Part shown: in pieces, positions 1 to 9,500 of the stretch
Layout of the letters: every line of letters begins with the position of its first letter
How positions within the stretch are numbered: position 1 is the first letter of the stretch
Assembly: GCA_947243845.1 (NCBI GenBank)
Contig: CAMXIF010000010.1
Location: 39,698 to 103,697 of the forward strand
DNA from: an uncultured bacterium
Lineage (GTDB): Bacteria > Bacillota > Clostridia > Lachnospirales > Lachnospiraceae
Length of the DNA stretch: 64,000 bases
Reading direction: 5' to 3'
Translations under genes and position numbers: made by a program
Notes under the pieces: model-generated
The model's input: only the letters and a program-made list of their open reading frames with translations
The model's database searches: none
What the model was told of the DNA's origin: nothing

Positions 1-329
1 AAATTGGTATCAATTACGGCGGACGGGATGAGATTGTCCGGGCGGTGCGTAAGATCGCGCTTCAAACCGCAAAGGATGGTCTGGATGCCGAACAGATTAC
101 CGAGGAGACCATCAGCAAGATGTTGGATACCGGGGAGATTCCGGATCCGGATCTGTTGATCCGCACCTGTAACGAGCAGAGGATATCGAATTTTCTGCTG
201 TGGCAGCTGGCCTATACGGAGTTCTATTTTACACCGGTGGCCTGGCCCGATTTTACCAAAGAAGAATTAGAAAAAGCCGTGGAGGCATATAATAAGAGAG
301 ACAGACGATACGGTCTGCTCAAAGAATAG
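1..329 (+). CDS. uppS: Isoprenyl transferase / undecaprenyl diphosphate synthase, 5'-truncated by the window edge
   Basis: The frame is open from base 3. It has INYGGRDEI, PDPDLLIRT, EQRISNFLLWQLAYTE and RDRRYG motifs and lies upstream of cdsA-dxr. Confidence 0.95.
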   Translation, partial: IGINYGGRDEIVRAVRKIALQTAKDGLDAEQITEETISKMLDTGEIPDPDLLIRTCNEQRISNFLLWQLAYTEFYFTPVAWPDFTKEELEKAVEAYNKRDRRYGLLKE

Positions 330-341
330 GAAGGTGCCGGT

Positions 342-1199
342 ATGTTTCGTACAAGATTGATAAGTGGTATCCTGCTGGTGATAGCAGCGCTGGCGGTCAT
401 TATGACGGGCGGTATCTTTCTGGCGGCTGTACTGTGTATGATTTCGGTGATCGCTTATAGGGAACTGACGAAAGCCTGCGGCCTGCATCCCGGTGAGGAA
501 GGTTTCTGTAGTCTGGAGATTGCAGGATGTATTATGATACTTGTGTATTATGCGGCATTGGTAGTATTTATGCAGCAAGGGCTTACAGCGGTTTATCCGG
601 CGGCAATGATTGTAGTGGTGACGGTTTTGCTGGTACATTTGTTTGTTTATGTGTTTACGTTCCCGAAGTATCATGCCGGGCAGGTGATGGCGTCCATGTT
701 TGCTTTTCTCTATGCGCCGATGATGTTGTCGTTTATTTATCTGCTGCGGGACGGATTTGTACATGGCAGGTATTTAGTCTGGTTTGTATTCTTAAGTTCC
801 TGGGGGAGCGACACTTGTGCCTATGCGGTAGGCGTATTGATCGGCAAGCATAAGATGACACCGAAGTTAAGTCCCAAGAAATCAGTGGAAGGTGCAGTCG
901 GCGGCGTGGTTGGAGCAGCGCTCCTGTTCATGCTCTATACGCATTTGGTGATTAACAGATATACGGATGTGGTATTGCCCCTTGCGATGGCGGCAGCGGT
1001 TGGCGCTGTAGGCGCGCTGGTATCCATGGTGGGGGATTTGGCAGCTTCCGCTATAAAACGGGACCGCAATATTAAAGATTACGGCAAACTGATACCGGGA
1101 CATGGCGGGATTATGGATCGGTTTGACAGTGTGATTGTGACGACACCGGTTATTTTTATTGGGCTAGTGCTGTTGTTCAGTATGCAGGTGCGATGTTAA
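342..1199 (+). CDS. cdsA: Phosphatidate cytidylyltransferase
   Basis: Hydrophobic protein with WGSDTCAY, SPKKSVEG and KRDRNIKDYGKLIPGHGGIMDRFDS (CTP_transf_1). Confidence 0.95.
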   Translation: MFRTRLISGILLVIAALAVIMTGGIFLAAVLCMISVIAYRELTKACGLHPGEEGFCSLEIAGCIMILVYYAALVVFMQQGLTAVYPAAMIVVVTVLLVHLFVYVFTFPKYHAGQVMASMFAFLYAPMMLSFIYLLRDGFVHGRYLVWFVFLSSWGSDTCAYAVGVLIGKHKMTPKLSPKKSVEGAVGGVVGAALLFMLYTHLVINRYTDVVLPLAMAAAVGAVGALVSMVGDLAASAIKRDRNIKDYGKLIPGHGGIMDRFDSVIVTTPVIFIGLVLLFSMQVRC

Positions 1200-1218
1200 G
1201 GTATAATGGAGGAGAAGG

Positions 1219-2367
1219 TTGAAAAAGATAGGAATACTGGGATCTACAGGGTCGATTGGAACACAGACGCTGGAGATTGTGAGAAAAGAAGAGGATTTAC
1301 AGGTAGTATCACTGGCAGCGGGCAGCAATGTGGAACTGATGGAAAAACAGATTCGGGAATTCAAACCTGCGGTGGCGGCCATGTGGTCTGAGGAAGCAGC
1401 TAAAGATTTGCGGGAAAGAATCAGAGATCTGTCGGTGAACGTGGTGAGCGGCATGGAGGGGCTTCTGGAAGTGTCTACGGCGGAGCAGATGGAAGTGCTG
1501 GTCACAGGCATTGTGGGAATGATCGGGATAAGGCCCACCATTGCGGCGATAGAGGCCGGGAAGGATATTGCCCTGGCGAATAAGGAGACACTGGTGACAG
1601 CAGGGCATATTATTATGCCGCTGGCGGCCCGTAAAGGTGTCAATATCTTACCGGTAGACAGTGAACATAGTGCCATTTTCCAGTCTAAGCATGGAGAGAA
1701 TAGGTCTCGGGTCAGCCGGATTCTGTTAACGGCTTCAGGAGGTCCTTTTCGGGGGAAAAAGAGAGAAGAACTGGCCGGCATGACGGTGGAGGATGCTTTA
1801 AAACATCCCAACTGGTCTATGGGAAAAAAGGTCACCATTGACTCGGCATCTCTTTGTAATAAGGGGCTTGAGGTGATGGAAGCGAAATGGCTGTTTGATG
1901 TGGAATTGGAGCAGATTCAAGTGGTGGTGCATCCCCAGAGCATCCTGCACTCAGCAGTGGAGTATGTGGACGGTGGAATCATGGGACAGATGGGTGTGCC
2001 GGATATGAAGCTGCCCATACAATATGCGCTGTTTTATCCGGACAGAAGGCCGATGGATACTGGCAGGGTTGACTTATGTAAACTAGGGCAGTTAACTTTT
2101 GAGGAGCCTGATACGGATACATTCCGGGGATTGGCGCTGGCCTATCAGGCGGCGCGGCGCGGCGGTTCCCTTCCCACAGTGTTTAATGCGGCGAATGAGC
2201 GGGCAGTAGCGCTCTTTTTGCAGAAGAAAATACGATTTTTACAGATACCGGAGTTGATTGAGGCGTCTATGGAGGCACACCGCGTGACAGATGAGCCTAC
2301 GGTGGAGCAGATCCTTGCGGCGGAAGCGGAAACTTATGAGTTTATCAGGCAGAAATATGAAGGATGA
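1219..2367 (+). CDS. dxr: 1-deoxy-D-xylulose 5-phosphate reductoisomerase
   Basis: ILGSTGSIG, LANKE, PVDSEHSAIFQ, LTASGGPF and HPNWSMG motifs. TTG start after GGAGGAG. Confidence 0.97.
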   Translation: MKKIGILGSTGSIGTQTLEIVRKEEDLQVVSLAAGSNVELMEKQIREFKPAVAAMWSEEAAKDLRERIRDLSVNVVSGMEGLLEVSTAEQMEVLVTGIVGMIGIRPTIAAIEAGKDIALANKETLVTAGHIIMPLAARKGVNILPVDSEHSAIFQSKHGENRSRVSRILLTASGGPFRGKKREELAGMTVEDALKHPNWSMGKKVTIDSASLCNKGLEVMEAKWLFDVELEQIQVVVHPQSILHSAVEYVDGGIMGQMGVPDMKLPIQYALFYPDRRPMDTGRVDLCKLGQLTFEEPDTDTFRGLALAYQAARRGGSLPTVFNAANERAVALFLQKKIRFLQIPELIEASMEAHRVTDEPTVEQILAAEAETYEFIRQKYEG

Positions 2368-2450
2368 CTGTCCGTCATTGATGTCAGGGAGCGTAGAACG
2401 CTTCAGAACGGAGATTAGGTTATAGTAAAACTCTGATATGGAGGCATAGA

Positions 2451-3572
2451 TTGATCAAAACGATTATTTTATTTCTAATTGTCATGGGCGTGGTGGTGAT
2501 TTCCCATGAATTTGGACATTTTATCATTGGAAGAAAGAATGGTATCCGGGTCATTGAGTTTGCGGTAGGGATGGGGCCCACGCTTTTTTCCTATGAAAAG
2601 GGCGGCACAAAATATTCCCTGAAACTTCTGCCGCTTGGCGGCGCCTGTATGTTTGACGGGGAAGACGGTGTTATGGAGAAAGAAGCGGATGGATCGAGGC
2701 CGGATGTCATACCGGAAACCGGTGGGATACCAGGAGCAGGAGACAGACCAAGAGCAGAAGGCATGGCGTTCACGGAGGCTGGTGTATGGGCTCGTATCGC
2801 AACAATATTTGCCGGACCTTTTTTCAATTTTATTCTGGCTTTTGCTATGGCCGTGATCCTCAGCGCATTCAGCGGTGCGGATCTGCCGGTGGTCGGCGAA
2901 GTGCCGGATGGCTCGGCGGCGCAGGAAGCTGGCCTTGCAAAGGGAGATGTGATAACGAAGATTGGCAGGGAGCCGATTCATTTCTACAGAGAAGTCATGT
3001 TGATTTCATCCCTCAACCAGGGAGAGGCGATGGAGATACACTTTGAGCGGGACGGTGAAAAGAAAATAACGACACTGCAACCCAAGTTTGATGAAAATGA
3101 CAAGCGTTATTATATGGGGATTGTGAATGGCGGAGAGTATCTGGAATGTGGTCCGCTGCAGGTGTTCCAATACGGATTCTATGAGGTGGAATACTGGGTG
3201 AAAATTACGTATAAGAGTCTGCGGATGTTGGTACAGGGACAGGCGACCAAGGACGATGTGGCCGGTCCGGTGGGAATTGCCCAGCTTGTGGGTGACAGCT
3301 ATAACCAGGCGGAGGCAAACTATGGGACGCCCTATGCGATTCTGACCATGTTTGAGATTGTGGTTCTGCTGTCGGTCAATCTGGGTATCATGAATCTGTT
3401 GCCGATACCGGCGTTGGATGGCGGGCGGTTGGTCTTTTTGCTGGTGGAAGTGATACGGGGCAAGCCGGTGCCGCCGGAGAAAGAGGGTATGGTGCATTTT
3501 GCCGGCTTGGTAGTGTTGATGATTTTGATGGTGTTCATTATGTATAATGATATTATGAGGCTGGTGCGTTAA
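2451..3572 (+). CDS. rseP: RIP metalloprotease RseP (M50 with PDZ domain)
   Basis: HEFGH, AGPFFN, PDZ-like segment and NLLPIPALDGGR. TTG start after GGAGG. Confidence 0.95.
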   Translation: MIKTIILFLIVMGVVVISHEFGHFIIGRKNGIRVIEFAVGMGPTLFSYEKGGTKYSLKLLPLGGACMFDGEDGVMEKEADGSRPDVIPETGGIPGAGDRPRAEGMAFTEAGVWARIATIFAGPFFNFILAFAMAVILSAFSGADLPVVGEVPDGSAAQEAGLAKGDVITKIGREPIHFYREVMLISSLNQGEAMEIHFERDGEKKITTLQPKFDENDKRYYMGIVNGGEYLECGPLQVFQYGFYEVEYWVKITYKSLRMLVQGQATKDDVAGPVGIAQLVGDSYNQAEANYGTPYAILTMFEIVVLLSVNLGIMNLLPIPALDGGRLVFLLVEVIRGKPVPPEKEGMVHFAGLVVLMILMVFIMYNDIMRLVR

Positions 3573-3612
3573 GTGCCGGCCTTTTTCATGATACTTTTGG
3601 AATCATTATTTA

Positions 3613-3641
3613 TTGAAATAGAAAGATATATATAGTATAAT
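3613..3641 (+). promoter_or_regulatory. Sigma-A-type promoter for the PP2C/kinase pair
   Basis: TTGAAA (3613-3618), 17-bp spacer, TATAAT (3636-3641). Confidence 0.7.
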
Positions 3642-3776
3642 ATGCACATCGGGTTTGTTCATGAATCCAAAGGCAGATTTAGCGGGAATCCCGCACAATT
3701 CCGGAGATGGGAATTTTTAAAACGTTTTGCTTCGTTTCAGACAGTTGATTGGTGATAAGGAGGCGTGTATTAAAGA

Positions 3777-4493
3777 ATGCGATATTTGACAGGTGTATAT
3801 TGGTGCCGTGGGCGTCTGGCCAGGGAGAACCAGGATTCTGTTGTGTTGCTGCAGGGTTTGACGGCCCGCGGACGGGTACTTATGGCGGCAGTTTGTGATG
3901 GGATGAGCGGCCTTGCGCAGGGGGAAGTGGCCAGCGGCTATGTAACGGAACGTCTGCAGGAGTGGTTTTATGAAGGTCTGCTCTATGCTGTGCGCAAGAA
4001 AAAGCCATATTGGGTGATCAGAAGGTCTCTGGACCGGCTTACCTTTGATATGCAGCAACAGCTGCAGCAATATGCCGTGCGGGAGGAGATTGCGCTTGGC
4101 ACTACGATGACCGTATTGGTGGTGTGGGAACAAACGTATCTGGTCTGGCATCTGGGCGACAGCAGGCTGTACCGGATGCGAGGCAGACATATGGAGCAGG
4201 TGACAGGAGATCATATCAGACAGCGGGAACAGTTGACGAAATGTGTGGGAAGTTTTGGCTATTATGTGCCGGAGCATCATATGGGCGTATTGCGGCAGGG
4301 GGAGGGGATGCTTTTGTGCAGTGACGGGTTCAGGAACTGTGTTGCCGGAAAGGAACTGCAGGAAGCGCTTCGGCCGGGACAGATCCGTGAGGAAGCGCAG
4401 ATTGAAAGGCGGCTGACAGAGATTGGAAAGATCTGTATGAAAAGAGGGGAGCGGGATAACCTGTCGGCGGTATATTTGAAGGTAGAGAGATAA
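3777..4493 (+). CDS. PP2C/PPM-family Ser/Thr protein phosphatase
   Basis: RENQDS, VCDGMSG, GTT, HLGDSRLY, QVTGDH, LCSDG and GERDNLSAV motifs. Confidence 0.9.
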   Translation: MRYLTGVYWCRGRLARENQDSVVLLQGLTARGRVLMAAVCDGMSGLAQGEVASGYVTERLQEWFYEGLLYAVRKKKPYWVIRRSLDRLTFDMQQQLQQYAVREEIALGTTMTVLVVWEQTYLVWHLGDSRLYRMRGRHMEQVTGDHIRQREQLTKCVGSFGYYVPEHHMGVLRQGEGMLLCSDGFRNCVAGKELQEALRPGQIREEAQIERRLTEIGKICMKRGERDNLSAVYLKVER

Positions 4494-4513
4494 GGGGAAC
4501 GGAAGGTGATGAT

Positions 4514-5401
4514 ATGAGTGGTATGATGAGTGGGGAGAAAATGTTAGAAGCAGGACGGATGGTAGGAAAATATGAGATAATCAGACCCTTGGGAGCGGGC
4601 GGGGAGGGCAGTGTGTATCTGGCGAAGGACACTGTACTTTTCAGGCTGGCGGCTGTAAAGCAGATGGAAGCAGGAACAGAGATTTTACAGGAAGCTGTTT
4701 TTCTGCGGGATCTGCGGCATCCCATGCTGCCGATGGTGTATGATCTTCTGTATGAGAACGGCTGTTATCTGGTAATGGAATATATTGAAGGAGTTAGTTT
4801 ACATAACTATATAAAGAAGAGAGGAAGTGTGGGAGAGGAACAGGGAAGTATCTGGGCGGAGGCACTGCTTTCTCTTTTAGAGTATCTGCACAATAGAAAA
4901 CCACCTGTTATCTATAGAGATCTGAAGCCGGATAATATTATCGTATGTCCGGACAAGCGTCTGCGGCTGGTGGATCTGGGAGCGGCGTTCCTGAAAAACT
5001 ATGGAGAGGGAGCAAGGAAAAGGATGGCGCTGACGCCGGGATATGGGGCGCCGGAACAGCAGGCCGCGGCAGGCAGGACAGTCTATGCAGATGAGCGGAG
5101 CGATATTTATGCGTTTGGGAAAGTATTGTACTATATGTTGACAGGGGCAGAGCCGGGCAGGCCGCCTTATGGGAGTCTGCCGGTCAGCGTCTATAATCCT
5201 CTGGCAGGGGATGATTTGGAACGGGTGATTAAGAAGTGCACCAGGGAAAATCCGGACGAGCGTTATCAGATCGTGGAAGATATAAGGCAGGATTTATCTG
5301 GCCGCAAGCAGGGAAAGGAAGTATGCAGGCGCAAAAATTTTATACGGCATATGGAAAAGAGGGTATGGCTCACGGAAAAACAGACAGCGGGACTTTTGTA
5401 A
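4514..5401 (+). CDS. Hanks-type Ser/Thr protein kinase, soluble (no TM or PASTA domain)
   Basis: GAGGEGSVY, AVK, YRDLKPDNI, DLG (DFG variant), GYGAPEQ and DIYAFG motifs. Confidence 0.92.
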   Translation: MSGMMSGEKMLEAGRMVGKYEIIRPLGAGGEGSVYLAKDTVLFRLAAVKQMEAGTEILQEAVFLRDLRHPMLPMVYDLLYENGCYLVMEYIEGVSLHNYIKKRGSVGEEQGSIWAEALLSLLEYLHNRKPPVIYRDLKPDNIIVCPDKRLRLVDLGAAFLKNYGEGARKRMALTPGYGAPEQQAAAGRTVYADERSDIYAFGKVLYYMLTGAEPGRPPYGSLPVSVYNPLAGDDLERVIKKCTRENPDERYQIVEDIRQDLSGRKQGKEVCRRKNFIRHMEKRVWLTEKQTAGLL

Positions 5402-5417
5402 AAGGAGGATTATTATA

Positions 5418-5446
5418 TTTCAATATATGGTATTTTCAAGTATAAT
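5418..5446 (+). promoter_or_regulatory. Putative sigma-A promoter for ispG-polC
   Basis: TTTCAA (5418-5423), 17-bp spacer, TATAAT (5441-5446). Confidence 0.55.
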
Positions 5447-5483
5447 AAGATAGGAACTGACAGACATACAGTGGAAGCGGAGG

Positions 5484-6545
5484 ATGATTATGTATCGTGA
5501 TAAGACAAGGACAGTACAGATAGGAGATAAAGTGATTGGCGGAGGCAATCCCGTAATGATCCAGTCCATGACCAACACCGCTACGGAGGATGTGGAGGCT
5601 ACTGTGGCTCAGATACTGCGGCTGGAGCGGGCAGGCTGCGAGATTATCCGCTGTACGGTGCCTACCATGGAGGCGGCGCAGGCGCTTTCAAAGATTAAGG
5701 AGCAGATACATATTCCGCTGGTGGCGGATATACATTTTGATCATAAGATGGCCATTGCGGCAATCGAGAACGGCGCCGATAAGATTCGCATCAATCCGGG
5801 CAATATCGGCAGCCGGGAGAAGGTGGCAGCTGTGGTTGCGGCGGCCAAAGAGAAGAATATTCCCATCCGTGTAGGCGTCAACAGCGGCTCCCTGGAACGG
5901 GAACTGGTGGAGAAGTATCAGGGTGTGACGGCACAGGGCATTGTGGAGAGCGCTCTGGATAAGGTGCATATTATAGAAGAATTAGGCTATGACAATCTGG
6001 TCATCAGTATCAAATCCTCTGACGTGATGATGTGTGTCAGGGCGCATGAACTGTTGGCGGAGCAGACGGATTATCCTCTGCATGTGGGTATCACAGAATC
6101 GGGAACGGTGGCAAGTGGGAATATCAAGTCGGCAGTGGGGCTTGGCATTATTTTGCATCAGGGAATCGGTGATACCATCCGGGTGTCTCTGACAGGCGAT
6201 CCGGTGGAGGAGATTAAGTCTGCAAGATTGATCCTGCGTACCCTGGGACTTCGTAAGGGCGGGATTGAGGTGGTGTCCTGTCCCACCTGCGGCAGAACGA
6301 AGATTGATCTGATCGGATTGGCGAATCAGGTGGAAGAGATGGTGGCGGACATTCCTCTGGATATTAAGGTGGCCGTCATGGGCTGTGCGGTGAACGGCCC
6401 CGGAGAAGCCAGGGAAGCGGATATCGGAATTGCAGGCGGCATCGGAGAGGGACTTCTGATTAAGAAGGGCGAGATTGTAAAAAAAGTACCGGAGGCGGAG
6501 CTTTTGGATACACTGCGGGAGGAACTCCTGCACTGGCAGGGATAA
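5484..6545 (+). CDS. ispG: (E)-4-hydroxy-3-methylbut-2-enyl-diphosphate synthase, flavodoxin-dependent
   Basis: [45 protein letters not shown] and [12 protein letters not shown]. The start could be 5490. Confidence 0.97.
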   Translation: MIMYRDKTRTVQIGDKVIGGGNPVMIQSMTNTATEDVEATVAQILRLERAGCEIIRCTVPTMEAAQALSKIKEQIHIPLVADIHFDHKMAIAAIENGADKIRINPGNIGSREKVAAVVAAAKEKNIPIRVGVNSGSLERELVEKYQGVTAQGIVESALDKVHIIEELGYDNLVISIKSSDVMMCVRAHELLAEQTDYPLHVGITESGTVASGNIKSAVGLGIILHQGIGDTIRVSLTGDPVEEIKSARLILRTLGLRKGGIEVVSCPTCGRTKIDLIGLANQVEEMVADIPLDIKVAVMGCAVNGPGEAREADIGIAGGIGEGLLIKKGEIVKKVPEAELLDTLREELLHWQG

Positions 6546-6590
6546 AGGACTGTTGCAGCGTGATATAGGGCGACAGAAAAGAGGACTGGT

Positions 6591-9500
6591 ATGAGCAAGG
6601 CTTTTTTTGAGGTGTTTCCATCTTTAAAACTGGATACGGGATTGCAGGATTTGTTTGCGCAGGTCACCGTGGATAAGGTGACGAGTACCAAGCGTAAGGA
6701 TTTTCTGCGCGTGTATATCGTTTCGGAGCGCCTGATCCAGAAGGAGGATATCTTCCGGGTGGAGAAGGAGATCAAGAAGCAGTTTTTTCCGAATATGCCG
6801 ATTGTCGTCAAATTTTATGAGCATTTTCATTTATCAGCCCAGTATGATCCCAAGAAACTGATGGATGCCTACGGGGATAGTATCCTCCTGGAATTGCGGG
6901 AGTATTCCCCGGTAGAGTATAACCTGTTTAAGCGGGCAGATATAGGATTTGAGAACGACCAGATGCAGCTGATTGTGGAGGACACGGTGCTGGGACAGGG
7001 AAAGGCAGAGGAACTTTCCAGGATTCTGGAGAAAATATATAACGAGCGTTGTGGAATTCCGGTGCAGGTGAATATCTCTTATAAGGAACGTGCTGCCGGG
7101 AAATATAAGGAAGAAGACGAGAAACGGCTGGCCATGCAGGTGGCGGAGATAGCCGCCAGGGCGGGTTATGCAGTAAATGCGAAGGCTTCCCGTGTGTTTG
7201 ACTGGGAGCAGCCGGCGGACGGCGCGGGGGCAGGAAATAGCGTTCAGATGGCGGACGGCGCCGGGGTAGGAGGCAGTGTCCAGAATGTCGGTGGAGCAGG
7301 GGCGTCAAATGGTGTTTGGCCGGCGGATGGCGCCAGGGCTGGTGAGCAGTTGGCGGGAGAGCGGGCACCATCTCAGGCAGACGCAGCAGGAAGCGGGCTT
7401 CTGGCATCCGAGAGTGCTGCAGCAGGCAGTAGTACTTCTGACGGGGAACAGAGCGGTTTACATAACAACAAGAAATTTACATCCCCCACACCGGGCAAAA
7501 AGGGAGAGTGGGGAAGGAAGAACGACAGGGCAGATGGCCGGCGTGCCGTGAAACGCTCTGATAATCCCGATGTACTCTACGGCAGGGATTTTGATGAGGA
7601 AGCAATGCCGATCGAAGATATTATCGGTGAGATGGGCGAAGTGGTCATCCGTGGACAGATTCTGAAGATGGATAAGCGGGAGATTAAGAACGAGCGCACC
7701 ATCCTGATTTATGACGTTACGGATTATACGGATACCATGACGATCAAATTGTTTGCTCACAATGACCAGGTGAGTGAAATAACAGATGGTATGAAACCGG
7801 GAGCCTTTGTGAAACTTAAGGGAATGACGACCATTGATAAGTTTGATCATGAACTGACCATAGGTTCGCTGGCGGGTGTCAAAAAGATACCGGATTTTAC
7901 GACTTCGCGGGTGGACAGGAGTGTGCGCAAGCGCGTGGAACTGCACTGTCATACGAAGATGAGCGATATGGACGGGGTGTCTGAGGCCAAGGATATCGTG
8001 AAGCGGGCTTACAAGTGGGGACATCCGGCAATCGCCATTACCGACCATGGTGTGGTGCAGTCTTTTCCGGATGCCAATCATGTGTGGGAGGATTTGTGGA
8101 AGGCTGAGAAGAACCGTTGTAAGGAAGCGGGAGAAGCGGAACCGGACAAGCAGAATTTCTTTAAAGTGATTTATGGGGTGGAGGCCTATCTGGTGGACGA
8201 TCTGCATGAAATTGCCACCAATGAGAAAGGACAGGATTTTCAGGCAGATTTTGTGGTATTTGATATCGAGACCACAGGCTTTTCACCGGTGGAAAATCGG
8301 ATCATTGAGATTGGAGCAGTAAAAGTCTGCGGGGGTAAGATCGTGGACCGTTTTTCCAGCTTTGTGAACCCGGAAGTGCCGATTCCCTTCGAGATAGAGA
8401 AGCTGACGGGCATTTCCGATGATATGGTGATGGGGGCCAGAAAGATTGAGGAGGTATTGCCGGAATTCCTGATGTTCTGTGAGGGCTGCATGTTGGTGGC
8501 TCACAATGCTTCTTTCGATATGAGCTTTATCATGGAAAACTGTAACAGGCAGGGTATAGCCCATGACTTTACCTATATTGATACGGTGGGGATTGCCAGG
8601 GTGATGCTGCCTGGTTTGAAAAAGCATACCCTGGATACCGTGGCGAAAGCCTTAATGGTATCCCTGGAAAATCATCACCGGGCGGTGGATGATGCGGAGG
8701 CTACTGCAGAGATTTTTGTGAAACTGATCCCCATGATGGAAAAAGAGGGGATTACTACGCTTGCGCAGATAAATGTGAGAGGAGAGTCCAACCCGGATAT
8801 TATCAAGAAACTCCCCACCTATCATGCCATCATTCTGGCGAAAAATAATGTGGGACGAATGAATCTTTATCGTCTGGTGTCGGATTCTCACTTGACATAT
8901 TTTGCCAGAAGGCCTCGGATTCCCAAGAGGCTGTTAAATCAGTATCGGGAAGGCCTGATTCTGGGAAGCGCCTGTGAGGCGGGGGAATTATATCATGCGT
9001 TATTAGAGCATAAGCCGGATGCAGAGATTGCCAGGCTGGTGGAATTCTATGATTATCTGGAGATTCAGCCCTTGGGGAATAACCAGTTTATGATAGAATC
9101 CGAGAGGATGCCGGAGATCAACTCCATGGAGGATATCATGGAGATCAATCGCAGGATCGTGCATCTGGGGGAGCAGTTCCACAAGCCGGTGGCAGCTACT
9201 TGTGACGTACATTTTTTAAATCCGGAGGACGAGATTTACCGCCGTATTATTATGGCAGGGCAGGGTTTTCCCGATGCGGATAACCAGGCGCCGCTTTATT
9301 TCCGGACCACTGAGGAAATGCTGGAAGAATTTGCCTACCTGGGCAGCGACAAGGCGGAGGAAGTGGTTATCACCAATACCAACCTGATCGCGGATATGAT
9401 TGATACCATGTCTCCGGTGCGGCCGGACAAGTGTCCGCCGGTCATCGAGGACAGCGACAGACAGTTGACGGAGATTTGTTATAATAAGGCTCATGAACTT

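Noticed and set aside
3660-3730. c-di-GMP-I (GEMM) riboswitch in the PP2C leader
   Set aside because: AAAGGCA is present, but the GAAA tetraloop and GACGCAAAGC-type segment I would expect are missing.
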